From positions 1 to 64,000 of the forward strand of contig NW_025765772.1 in NCBI RefSeq assembly GCF_003918875.1: DNA of 64,000 nt, in the 5' to 3' direction. The position numbers were made by a program, and so were the translations under genes. Below, piece by piece: positions 40,501 through 53,154 of the stretch; position 1 is the first letter of the stretch, and each line of letters begins with the position of its first letter. The stretch comes from Haliotis rubra. Lineage: Eukaryota. The notes under the pieces are model-generated. The model ran no database searches, was not told the DNA's origin, and worked only from the letters and a program-made list of their open reading frames with translations.

Positions 40501-41979
40501 CATGCAGGGTTATAATCTGGGGTGAATGCTTAGAATCCAATCACAAAAACATCTTTTGTAGGTGTGTGCTATGGATTTAGCATGATGCAGGATGCTGAGT
40601 CCCCAAATGTTCCATTCACCCTTCTCCGTACACGGTTCAAGAAAGGTGAGTTGATATCCTTCTTTCAGTTTCTAGAGAGCTCATGCCATTGCATGCTTGT
40701 CTTGTACATGTATTGATAATTACAGCCTTGGGTAAATAAAGTTCACTCAATTGTTTTTCAGCATGTATATATTCTCTACCCTGGTATGGCTGAAACCACT
40801 AGTTTTATCATGCAGAAAATGATGTTTGTGATCAGAGTATGTGTTATTTGAATGTTGCTCTCAGAATTCTTAACTAAATTGAATCACGACTTTGCTGTTA
40901 GCTATGACAATAAAACTTGTATATGTACACACACCCTGCCCAAAGTTTGCATGTAGTTTGAGAAGGTGAGGTGTAGCCCTCGCCTGTGTGTAGACAACAG
41001 ATGAGTTTATACAAAAGATATTACTTAAATACGCAACTTCTTAATGCCTATAATGACCAAAACATTTCAACAGCATATCTATATTCACAGCTCCCAAGAT
41101 GGTCATTTATGACAATGCATGTAACCTGCATGCATATTGTATGAACCGAGATCCAGGTTTTTTTCAAAAACACCTGGTTTGTTGTTGACCGATTCCACTG
41201 GCCAAATCACAAAGGTAACCATTCTTTTTTTAAAGTCAGTTTTCATTATGATTTATTATAAATCATGACAGTAATGCATCATAATATTAATAGCAGTATA
41301 CACAAGCTTTGAAACATCAGGCAAGCATTGAACTGGTACCTTTGTCTGTGTTTTAATTTTCAGTATACAAGAAGTTCAAATGAAGGGTTTTAGTCTTTTG
41401 AATCATTAAATGTTTACCAATACCTTTAAAAAGCACTTTTTCATGAATCAGTAATGTTGTGTGTATGTCATTGTTTTTTACATACATGCTTTTGTCAGTA
41501 ATTTATTTATTTCATCAGCAATATGTTTGGTAATATAACCATTTGGTGGTAGTATACCTGTAACCTAATACTTGTCTGAATGCACAGCATTGTTCTGTGA
41601 CAGTACCATAATTGTCAATACTTCACATATTTTGGTTTGGTAACCATCATAAGTCTCTGGCTACATACCTCTTATGATAATAAAATTCTGAAGTCATTCA
41701 TTGACCTACTTTTTGTTTGCAGGTTGTCATGATGGATACAATCTATCAAAGTACAATAAATACCGAAGCCTGAATACTCAAGTAGCTGAACAACGGAATG
41801 CTACACTGAATAAATTAAGAACTATGCTTTCATACATGAATGTAGACCATTTTATGTCACATTGTAAATTTTATGTTTGGTTTCGAAGCATGGTCTCAAT
41901 GGCAGCAAAGCAAGAAAACAAACTAAAACAGTATACTGCCCTCTTCCAAATTCTATCAAAAGTGTATTCAACGCTATAA
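34597..41979 (+). CDS. Spliced KDZ-family transposase with CxC4-like Cys clusters (HMGXB3-related), disrupted
   Basis: Exons about 34597-35037, 36455-36590, 38248-38278, 38795-38977, 39352-39809, 40084-40261, 40562-40645, 41091-41214 and 41723-41979. Motifs: CVCGSPW, CSNC..FDGGDQHVLNMG, FQCPCCGESPEVVIMDGVTLG, LTPGLFTLSCQHGVCYGFSMMQDAESPNVPF, VIYDNACNLHAYC, VVDRFHWPNHKGC, NTQVAEQRNATL. Frameshifts at ~39470 and ~41160; one donor reads ATAAGT (38978). Confidence 0.85.
35357..36391. mobile_element. Possible MITE in a transposase intron
   Basis: Imperfect ~32-bp inverted pair CTCACTCAGCCAGAGTCTAACCAAAAAGGTCT / AGACCTGTTTTGACAGAATCTGGCTAAGTAAGAG. Confidence 0.45.
36772..38185 (+). mobile_element. 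Internally deleted DIRS1-like tyrosine-recombinase retrotransposon
   Basis: Inverted terminal repeats (36775-36905 vs 38020-38150) and an internal complementary region at 37878-37960 that copies both ends. Coding remnants TEWML, IDLFATRFNKQLQTFVSPVPDPQAWATDALSMSWEGLNA and LWPARAWFPDL are typical of the DIRS RNase H/methyltransferase-like region. Confidence 0.88.
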
Positions 41980-42081
41980 ATAAGAACTTTCATTTTGAAA
42001 TATTGTTCAAACAGGACCATCACTGTACATTGTTATATATGTATAAATTGTTTTCCTTTTCTGGCATACTCACGTTTGTAT

Positions 42082-45000
42082 TCAACAGCGCCATTTCATT
42101 AACGTGTCGTGTATGAGCTGTCTCCCCGTGTCTTCTATGTCACAAGACACGAGGGTTGGCCACTGTATTTGGCTCCAATTGCTTTCCTTAAAAGGCACAA
42201 AACAGTTTCATTAGTAATTTGTAAATTTGTACAAGAAAATGTTTTGTGTTGGATGAGGGTGTACTCTGCATTTAACATATCAAATTAAACCCAAAAAATC
42301 GTAAATGTAAGAATAGTCACATTTTACTCAAATAGATTAACGTAAAATGTCCTTTACTGACTAAGAAAAACAATTACATTATTTTGACTACTGACTCATC
42401 TCACTGATTTATTTCAGAGAAATTGCTGTTTAATAATATCAGACATGATGGTGTACCTTCAGTAGACCCACACCATACATCACTGTGAACACGCCACAGT
42501 CTCGGCCATTTGTCTGTTTAGGAACCTAGAAATTATAATTGTTATTGATATGATAATTTACCTTTAAACACCAGCATGTTTTTTAAGACGTTTTTGAGAA
42601 TGAAGTATTAATACATTTCATCAAATATCTTAAATGTGATTGCTTTCTAATTTGTTGTTAAAACTGTTGGATTATTAATGATATACATCCGTGCAGAAAG
42701 TAAGCACCACCCTGTATTTTTGCCAGTTAATTTTGTATGAAATGAAAATCTACACACTTTCCGAAAAATAATATTTATAATTTGGCAGAGCAAGCATATA
42801 ATATTTTAAAAACGAAAACATGATTGAATTTACGTAGTACTTTAATTAGGATAACTGTCTATATCAGAAACGTGTGTTTTCCCGTCCTAAAACAAGTTAC
42901 CTTATTTTGAAAAGTGAATGTAATAATTATTTCATGTGTGGTATTTGTAAACCTGTTAATGGATAAAGCTTCTTTAACTGTAGGTTGATCAAATTGATGG
43001 CTACACCCTAACTTTTCTGCAACATCATGTCATATGGTGCTTAATTAATGCTCGGGTGTGTATATATATGCTTTTTGTAAAATTGATGAATACATTGAAT
43101 TGAAGCTTCAACTTTACCTTAGGGTAGATACATGTCTTTCCTAGTAGTCTGCAATGAAATTATGATATCTTCATTCGTTTGATAGGTTCGTAAAGAATAT
43201 TTTCCTGATATTGTTTATATACTCATGTGTATGAAATGAATGTGGAAATGAGAGCAGAAATGTCTTAACATTTACTTCCTTTATCTGTTGGTGTAAGAAC
43301 CCAACCACTGTGGAGAATCGATTGGTCAGGCGCTTGGCCAGTTGCATGTAACCGAAAAGATGACATGGATTATTGCACATGGTTTTAGTGGTTTTGCATG
43401 CTGACCAACACTTGATCACAACTGCATAGCTGGAATAGTGCTGACATGCTATAGATATATGATATGTTTAATCTTGGTAATCTTAATAACATATAAATAA
43501 ATGTATTGTCACACATTAAGTGAAGCTAAATATTAAACAGATTACATGTTGCAGAGTGTTACCGTTTTATGTTCCTCTCTAGCACCCGGTACCGCCCTCC
43601 CATGGAACAGAGAACCCAGGCATGCTCTGGTCCCACTGCAAGAAGGTACCAGTGAGTCCTAGAAAATAGATACACAGATGGCATTGGTACTACTTGTAGT
43701 AACCCATGCATTCTCTGGTGCCACTGCCAGTAAAATATATACACAGATGGCATTGGTACTACTTGTAGTAACCCATGCATTCTCTGGTGCCACTGCCAGT
43801 AAAATATATACTCAGATGGCATTGATACTACTTGTAGTAACCCATGCATTCTCTGGTGCCACTGCCAGTAAAATATATACTCAGATGGCATTGATACTAC
43901 TTGTGTAACCCATGCATTCTCTGGTGCCACTGCCAGTAAAATATATACTCAGATGGCATTGATACTACTTGTAGTAACCCATGCATTCTCTGGTGCCACT
44001 GCCAGTAAAATATATACTCAGATGGCATTGATACTACTTGTAGTAACCCATGCATTCTCTGGTGCCACTGCAAGTAAAATATATACTCAGATGGCATTGA
44101 TACTACTTGTAGTAACCCATGCATTCTCTGGTGCCACTGCCAGTAAAATATATACTCAGATGGCATTGATACTACTTGTAGTAACCCATGCATTCTCTGG
44201 TGCCACTGCAAGTAAAATATATACTCAGATGGCATTGATACTACTTGTAGTAACCCATGCATTCTCTGGTGCCACTGCCAGTAAAATATATACTCAGATG
44301 GCATTGATACTACTTGTAGTAACCCATGCATTCTCTGGTGCCACTGCCAGTAAAATATATACCAGATGCATACTACTTGTAGGTCTGCATTCTCTGGTGC
44401 CACTGAAATTCTCTGGTGCCACTGAAAGTAGGTACCAGTGAGTCCTAGAAAAACGAGCCACAGTTGCCAATGGTACTAACTGTAGTAATTCCTGCACACA
44501 GGTAGTGATAATAACATATTATTGTTTAGGTAATTTTCACTCCCAGTAATTGAATATGAAAGACAAATAATACGGTACATATGATTACCCTGTGCATATG
44601 GGAACAATCATGTTCCCCAGGAAGGATGTCATTTTCTTCAATTTCCTAGGAAGAGAAGAAAAGAAATTGGTCATGCTCATATGTACAATAGGGAATCTCA
44701 GATGTAAATGTTATAGGTAGTAAGAAGATATATCAGATTGGAAAACATAAGTTCTAAGTTAACATAAACCAGTTTTCTATTTTATCATAAATGTGAAACA
44801 TCAAAAGTCAGAGAATATCTAGTCTTGATTATGTGAAAATTATGGACATAATTGACTCTATCTAAGGACCTGCCGTTAGCATGTGCCACTCACAATTTGA
44901 ATATGAAAAACAAATGTTTTTGTATAGGACACACACGTGCTGCCATGTGATGTGACCTGTAAACAATGGAGTGTTGACAGGATCTTCACGTGAAGGATCA

Positions 45001-48000
45001 TGTAATCCATGTACACAATAGCCCAGTGACACAATGCGTTGTGGTTATTTGCCAACGATGGGGATGGGGGTCTTAATGTCTCGGCCCAAACATTTAGTTT
45101 GTAGTTCATGAGTGAACTTTGGGTAACATCGACCTAGTTACGATCATACACGATAGTCAACGCTAAAGAATAATGAGTTTGCTTATCTGCCAAACTTCCT
45201 TGGGCGTACTCAAAATAGCAACAAACAATATATACATGGTAGTAAAAGATCACTGTAAATTAGTGATGACACAAGATGTTCGCGAAACAAATACTGACTG
45301 GTACTGTGGTGTTTTAGCTTGGAGCAGAATCCCCGTGGTTGCCAGCATGACCACCGTCTGGGCGTCTTTTTCGTCTTTGAAGATGCTAAATGTACAATAA
45401 AATATTGATAAATTGTTGATCTTTCTGAAGAGCTTGTAATGTTTTGCTTTTATCAAAGATGAACTATTCAAAGAGTTGGCAAGGTCGAACAACGTTTGTT
45501 TTAAATTATATTTTCATAAATGACAACCTCCAAGACTTAATACACCAGAACGATACCTAAGTGAACTTTGGAATAGAATTGCACAATGATATGCAATGTT
45601 TTGGTCGGTTTTGAGTAAAGGGATCTCTTATGTTTTGTAAGTGTTTGCTAACTTGTACTGAAAGTTAATCTTTATGCTGGTATATTTCCAATATATTTTC
45701 TCTTTTAACAAAGCAGATAGTTACCAAAGACATGTGTCGACGACATGGTCGTCAAGCCATTCATTAGCCAAAACAGCTCGGAGTTCTGTTGCTGTTACGA
45801 AAAGTCTCTTATATAGTATGACTCTGAAAAAGATAGTTGCATATATTTATTGTCCCTGAAGCCTTCCTCCTTGGGTCAAGTTTTCTCTTTAACATTTATT
45901 TAGAGGATTTTCTTTATGGCCGGAATCGTCTCGACAAAAGCAGGATTTGGAACTTTGGAACAATTATCAAAGACTTTGAGATGTAAGTTCTTTCATTCTT
46001 CTAAAATGTTATATTTGTCTGTTAAGCATTATATGAATTAGGTCAGGCCGTATGCAGTGGCAGTTTATGTGTTTTCGAAATTTGCCCACCTTCTGTCAGG
46101 ATCTTCTGTTTCAAATCTGCAGCAGGAATAAAGTCAAGGTTATCATGCTGGTTATAAACTGGTCACGGAATAAACTAATCATGAAAATTTCTCTTTACTT
46201 TTGTATGTTTAGTTACATCTAGTCATTATTACTCTTGATTGACATGTTAATAACTACCTAGTACATACCTGTTCGCCTCCTTCATGATGTTGGTCTTTTC
46301 TGCAACAAGAGACGCCATTGTACAGTGAGTAAGGTATACAGCTGGAATCTCTTGTTTCATATATCGCTGCATAAACCTTAACTAAAAGTTACAAAACCCT
46401 TTCAATTTCAACAACGTTATCTGCTGAAAGGATCTTCATGCAACATAATTATGAATACATAATTCTAATAGGCGAGTAGCATAAACAGTGATGATTGTCT
46501 TGTCCAGACTCGATTATTTACATACCACCATCTTAAAACTGACATATTGCTCAGTGCGGCATTAAATGTCAAGCAAACAAACATTGCAAGTATTTAAATT
46601 TCCAAGACTACAGTTTTGTTTCTATACCATCACCAGTTTTTGTCGTCAGATGGTATGCCCTTCCGCCTCTGTCCACGTACACATGCACCTCCTTTCCGTC
46701 AAAGAAGTCCAAACATGTGCACGGTGGTGCTGAAATTTTTCTATCCTCCAGGTGCACGATCACCTCCCTCTTTAGAGCCCCAGCAATGAGCATAATGGTT
46801 CCGATGTCTGGATTGCAGAAGTTAGTTCAGTGAGTGGTTGTTTAAGCTTTATAACGCCCCGCTTAGAAGTAATCCAACACCAAGACTGGGGAAAGTTCAT
46901 AAAACTTTGAACGCTTTCAGATAGGTCCGTACACTGCAAAGTCACCCTAACCATTGTTCATTACAGATACACAGATGAAAGGAAACAAAGTTACGAATAG
47001 CTCCTAATATTTTATACTAATACGCTTATGAAATTGAGTCAACTTCAGTTAATCATTCATATATAACAACAACATGGGACATTTATTGAAAAGATTAATT
47101 GAACAGCAATATAAAGTTTAATTTATATGCATTAGTTATCAACATTGGTACTTCTTGTAGTAACCCATGCATTCTCTGGTGCCACTGCAAGTAGGTACCA
47201 GTGAGTCCTAGAAAATTAGACACAGATGGCATTGGTACTACTCGTAGTAACCCATGCATTCTCTGGTGCCACTGCCAGTAAAATATATACACAAATGGCA
47301 TTGGTACTACTTGTAGCAAACCATGCATTCTCTCGTGCCACTGCAAGTAGGTACCAGTGAGACCTAGAAAATATATACACAGATGTCATCAACATAATGG
47401 AAAACTAAACATAATTGTTTAAATACTCACTGGGCATGCTGGGACCAGCTAGGATCCTTTCCGTTGCTGCTGCTATCACATCCTCCACCGACTGTTCAGT
47501 GGAGGCACGGATGCCGAAACGCTCGCCCAACGATTCGGCTGTTTCGCCCAACTTGATGAACTGATAATATATTGGACATGTACGTCAATGTGTGTACAAA
47601 TATTTCGGCCAAAAACATGTGCTTCGGCAAAATTTACATCTTGTGCTTATTCCTTCGTGAATAAGTTCAACTAACGACATAAAAAGCACGAATTACCGAG
47701 CGGCGAATGGTATCAATATTACGCAAAAAGTGAGCTGTTGATATTTAGAATGTCTCATTTACAAAGGACTTTTGGCTTTTGGTAAATACTCACCTGTTGA
47801 GCGTAATGCTCCTTGTGCACAAAGCCATGTGCGAAGGTGGCCAGAACAAGAACATCGGGGAATCCTCCGAATACTTCCCAAAGTGAGCTCCCCTCCCCAC
47901 ATGCCACCTTTGAAGAGGGTACCTCGACAAATTGCCTGTAGGAAAATATAGTGACTTGATTCATTTTTGTCCTAATACTAAGAGATGTCTAAACAGTATA

Positions 48001-48339
48001 GTTATAGTGATAATGTTCGACTTTACGGCACAACCATGTCCTTAGAGAGTGGATACAGATCAGTTCACACGTGTGACCATGTTGCATGATTGGATGTCAT
48101 TGTAGGCCGTATGCTGCGCACACACCTAATTATGTAAAAAATAACCGTTATATTCAGTTGAAACAATGCAAGAGTATATACGAATACCAACTCGCTTTAC
48201 TATCACCATACCTTCTCGTGTTGGGCACACAATTTGGCGCAAATCGGAATTTAAAGATGCCGCCCTCTTCGATTTCCTCCAAATGTTTCATACAATAGAG
48301 TCCATCCGCTATTGTAGAGATGGCACCACTTGGATCATT
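42082..48339 (-). CDS. Spliced gene encoding an OTU-like fold plus a Ulp1/C48 SUMO-protease domain; putative 5' exons near 49890-50030
   Basis: Exons near 48339-48212, 47936-47793, 47560-47431, 46808-46636, 45823-45725, 45387-45300, 45133-44960, 42524-42457 and 42186-42082. Ulp1 motifs: LRAVLANEWLDDHVVDTCL, CHWAIVYMD, VPKQTNGRDCGVF. OTU-like motifs: CGEGSSLWEVF, TIMLIAGALKREVIVH, VHVYVDRGGRAYHL. Confidence 0.72.
43615..44450. repeat. 69-bp satellite (~11 copies), intronic
   Basis: Unit CAGATGGCATTGATACTACTTGTAGTAACCCATGCATTCTCTGGTGCCACTGCCAGTAAAATATATACT. Confidence 0.95.
47143..47385. repeat. Second array of the same 69-bp satellite (~3.5 copies)
   Basis: Same unit as 43615-44450, in another intron of the same gene. 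Confidence 0.9.
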
Positions 48340-49499
48340 CTGTAGGCGAATAAAATACAAATGATTGTTTAATCTCTAGACTATTTCATATGGCTCTAAG
48401 GTTTCAAAAATATGACTCTTAAAACGCGTTTACTCGAATTTTGTTCTCTGTTAGAGCCACCTCACTTTTGGCAAACAGTGTACCTGTGATGCGCTTAAGC
48501 TATAAAAAGGGGCACTCTACAGTTGTAAGCACCACATGTGATTCATGAAGTGTATTTATCAGAACTGCACTTTTGGCAAACAGTGTACCTGTGTGGCGCT
48601 TAAGTCAGAAAACGGGCACTCGACAGCTGTAAGCGCCACATGTAATTGATGAAGTGTATTTATCAGAACAACCTCACTTTTGGCAAACAGTGTACCTGTG
48701 AGGCGCTTAAGTCAGAAAACGGGCGCTCTACAGCTGTAAGCGCCACATGTGATTCGTGAAGTGTATTTATTATAAACATCTCACTTTTGGCAAACAGTGT
48801 ACCTGTGTGGCGCTTAAGTCAGAAAACGGGCACTCTACAGCTGTAAGCGCCACATGTGATTGATGAAGTGTATTTATCAGAACAACCTCACTTTTGGCAA
48901 ACAGTGTACCTGTGTGGCGCTTAAGTCAGAAAACGGGCACTCTACAGCTGTAAGCGCCACATGTGATTGATGAAGTGTTTTTATCAGAACCATCTCACTT
49001 TTGGCAAACAGTGTACCTGTGAGGCGCTTAAGTCAGAAAACGGGCACTCTACAGCTGTAAGCGCCACATGTGATTGATGAAGTGTATTTATCAGAACCAT
49101 CTCACTTTTGGCAAACAGTGTACCTGTGTGGCGCTTAAGTCAGAAAACGGGCACTCGACAGCTGTAAGCGCCACATGTAATTGATGAAGTGTATTTATCA
49201 GAACAACCTCACTTTTGGCAAACAGTGTACCTGTGTGGCGCTTAAGTCAGAAAACGGGCTCTCTACAGTTGTAAGCGCCACATGTGATTGATGAAGTGTT
49301 TTTATCAGAACCATCTCACTTTTGGCAAACAGTGTACCTGTGAGGCGCTTAAGTCAGAAAACGGGCACTCTACAGCTGTAAGCGCCACATGTGATTGATG
49401 AAGTGTATTTATCAGAACCATCTCACTTTTGGCAAACAGTGTACCTGTGAGGCGCTTAAGTCAGAAAACGGGCACTCTACAGTTGTAAGCGCCACATGT

Positions 49500-51560
49500 G
49501 ATTGGTGAAGTGTATTTATCAGAACCATCTCACTTTTGGCAAACAGTGTACCTGTGTGGCGCTTAAGTCAGAAAACGGGCACTCTACAGCTGTAAACGCC
49601 ATATGTGATTGATGACTGACTGACTGAGTTTGGTTTTACGCCGCTTTTAGCAATATTCCAGCAATATCACGGCGGGGAACACCAGAAATGGGCCTCACTC
49701 ATTGTACCCATGTGGGGATTCGAACCAGGGTCTTCGGCGTGACGAGCCAACGCTTTAACCACTAGACTACCCCACCGCCCCTGTGATTGATGAAGTGTAT
49801 TTATCAGAACCATCTCACTTTTGGCAAACAGTGTACATGTGAGGCGCTTAAGTCAGAAAACGGGCACTCTACAGTTGTAAGCGCCACGTGCCTGCATTTA
49901 CAAAGTGTCTAAACCTTTTGGGACGCATCCCTTCTATGTGAGTAAGTTGGAGGATAATGACAGGGTAGGTTTAAGCAAATGTTCCTGTCTAAATCTACCT
50001 TTCTCATGGCGCTCTCCAAGCCGCAGCATTTCTCGTTGGATTCCTGGCTTATACTTTCGGCTGGTGGCTACGAGTGGGAAAACAAGGGTGTGTCATTGAG
50101 AGGTTCCTGGTAGCATGTTAGATGGTATTCGTTAAGTTTCATATACGACACGAGTTGAAACTAGTTCAAGAAGGACTTGCTACAGGTCACTGATCTTGTA
50201 TAGTTACTCTGGGCGCCTGTTACCATGCTGTATACGTTTATGGCGCTTAAGTCAGAAAACGGGCACTCTACAGCTGTAAGCGCCACATGTGATTGATGAA
50301 GTGTTTTTATCAGAACCATCTCACTTTTGGCAAACAGTGTGCCTGTGTGGCGCTTAAGTCAGAAAACGGGCACTCTACAGCTGTAAGCGCCACATGTGAT
50401 TGATGAAGTGTATTTATCAGAACCATCTCACTTTTGGCAAACAGTGTACCTGTGTGGCGCTTAAGTCAGAAAACGGGCACTCTACAGCTGTAAGCGCCAC
50501 ATGTGATTGATGAAGTGTATTCATGAGAACCATCTCACTTTTGGCAAACAGTGTACCTGTGTGGCGCTTAAGTCAGAAAACGGGCACTCTACAGCTGTAA
50601 GCGCCACATGTGATTGATGAAGTGTATTCATGAGAACCATCTCACTTTTGGCAAACAGTGTACCTGTGAGGCGCTTAAGTCAGAAAACGGGCACTCTACA
50701 GCTGTAAACGCCATATGTGATTGATGACTGACTGACTGAGTTTGGTTTTACGCCGCTTTTAGCAATATTCCAGCAATATCACGGCGGGGGACACCAGAAA
50801 TGGGCCTCACTCATTGTACCCATGTGGGGATTCGAACCCGGGTCTTCGGCATGACGAGCCAACGCTTTAACCACTAGACTACCCCACCGCCCCTGTGATT
50901 GATGAAGTGTATTTATCAGAACCATCTCACTTTTGGCAAACAGTGTACATGTGAGGCGCTTAAGTCAGAAAACGGGAACTCTACAGTTGTAAGCACCACG
51001 TGCCTGCATTTACAAAGTGTCTAAACCTTTTGGGACGCATCCCTTCTATGTGAGTAGGTTGGAGGATAATGACGGGGTAGGTTTAAGCAAATGTTCCTGT
51101 CTAAATCTACCTTTCTCATGGCGCTCTCCAAGCCGCAGCATTTCTCGTTGGATTCCTGGCTTATACTTTCGGCTGGTGGCTACGAGTGGGAAAACAAGGG
51201 TGTGTCATTGAGAGGTTCCTGGTAGCATGTTAGATGGTATTCGTTAAGTTTCATATACGACACGAGTTGAAACTAGTTCAAGAAGGACTTGCTACAGGTC
51301 ACTGATCTTGTATAGTTACTCTGGGCGCCTGTTACCATGCTGTATACGTTTATGGCGCTTAAGTCAGAAAACGGGCACTCTACAGCTGTAAGCGCCACAT
51401 GTGATTGATGAAGTGTTTTTATCAGAACCATCTCACTTTTGGCAAACAGTGTGCCTGTGTGGCGCTTAAGTCAGAAAACGGGCACTCTACAGCTGTAAGC
51501 GCCACATGTGATTGATGAAGTGTATTTATCAGAACCATCTCACTTTTGGCAAACAGTGCA
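49500..51560. repeat. 1112-bp tandem segmental duplication
   Basis: Near-identical unique block at 49905 and 51017, including the SINE and flanking satellite units. Confidence 0.9.
49616..49781 (-). mobile_element. tRNA-derived short SINE inserted in the satellite, 12-bp TSD
   Basis: Flanked by TGTGATTGATGA on both sides; duplicated at 50728-50893. Confidence 0.9.
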
Positions 51561-52381
51561 CCTGTGTGGCGCTTATAAGTCAGAAAACGGACACTCTACA
51601 GCTGTTAGCGCCACATGTGATACATGAAGTGTATTTATTATAAACATCTCACTTTTGGCAAACAGTGCACCTGTGTGGCGCTTATAAATCAGAAAACGGA
51701 CACTCTACAGCTGTAAGCGCCACTTTCCATTGGTACTGTGTATTTATCAGAAACATCTCACTGTTTAGGTAAGGAAACGTGCTCACTACACCTGTAAGCG
51801 CCATAAGTTCATCAACAAGCAGTAAACGGGTAAATGAGATTTGTGAAGGCCACATGGCATTGATCCTGTGTGTTTATTACTTGCATTGTAATTGAAGCAG
51901 GCATTTAATATGTGGTACAAATACAAAAAAAATCAGCAGAATTCCAGATGCAACATGGATGTATGTGATGTTTATTACATGGCAGATTGTTTTATTGACC
52001 TGTTACCTTTCTGACGCACAATGAATATATGCTTTAATGCTTTGTTGTTATGAATGATTTTACTTACTAGGTTCTTGTTGATTATCTGTTCAAGCTAAAA
52101 TATAAATATAGCCATTAGACACAAAGCTATAAGACAAAAAAATATGTAATGTGAGGATAATTTACTTTGAATATGGGTGCCGAAATGCACTTAGTGGTAA
52201 ACAATTCAATTAAATGTTGAAATTATTACAATTAACTTTATATCATTCAAAAATTATTGATTCATTACATAACGAAGTTAGTGTATAAACTATAAAATAA
52301 GAAACATAATTGTAGACATTGGCAACTCTGATGAGTAGCTACCAGCTATTCAATATATGATATGACATGTTCTATTGAACC

Positions 52382-52547
52382 GGGCGATGGGGTAGCCTAG
52401 TGGTTAAAGCGTTGACTAGTCATTGCGAAGACCCGGGTTCGATTCCCCACATGGGCACAATGTGTTAAGCCCATTTCTGGTGTCCCCCGCCGTGATATTG
52501 CTGGAATATTGCTAAAAGCGGCGTAAAACTAAACTCAGTCAGTCAGT
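52382..52547 (+). mobile_element. tRNA-derived short SINE with TSD
   Basis: Full-length copy flanked by TCTATTGAA. Confidence 0.85.
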
Positions 52548-53154
52548 CTATTGAAGTACAGATGCTCTTGTTAGCTGCGCATAGTGAGAACACCAAGGAA
52601 AGACACAAACTATAACCCTAATATTCCATAATATATTTTAATGTCATTGTTTGCATTGTTTTCTTATCTAACAAAACATACAAAAATGATTATGTTTGAT
52701 GTACATTCAAAGTATATAAACTAAAAAAACCTAATATGTTTTGCTCAATTAAGAACAATTAAGAACAATTAAGAACTGTGGAAATCTGATCGAGAGTTTC
52801 GGGGTAAGAACTTTGGAAATTAGCAAAGTTGCCAGATTGATATTGGGCGGATTACCTGCACAATGTAAAAGTTACCTACAGTTAATGGAGTATTGTGTAC
52901 ATTGCACGCTGGAGTGATGGTGTAGGTGAGTCACGTCTATATCAAGACAGTGCTCTAGAGATATGTTGGTTAGTATTGTGAAAACTGAAAGGAAAAGGAA
53001 CCATTAAATAGAAACTTCAACAAACAACGCAAATACAGAGATAATACCACTTCATGGCTATCGGCCGAATTGACATAACCGCTAGAATTAAGTTTCTGAA
53101 AAAGGAATAAATAGAATCAATTTCCGTTCGTAATTTGTCAACAATGAAAGTTAC

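Larger units (their letters stand above)
48460..51800. repeat. 107-bp satellite, interrupted by SINEs and duplicated unique DNA
   Basis: CTTTTGGC recurs at 48570, 48677, 48784 and 48891 (period 107); each unit contains the inverted pair GTGGCGCTTA / TAAGCGCCAC. Confidence 0.95.

Noticed and set aside
34597-41979. Host HMGXB3 orthologue
   Set aside because: No HMG box is seen, the frame is disrupted and the context is transposon-like; only the CxC/KDZ region is shared.
43559-44497. Repetitive 23-aa ORFs on both strands
   Set aside because: Product of a 69-bp satellite whose length is a multiple of three.
48460-51800. CRISPR-like array with palindromic repeats
   Set aside because: Whole units are repeated with no unique spacers, there are no cas genes, and the context is eukaryotic.
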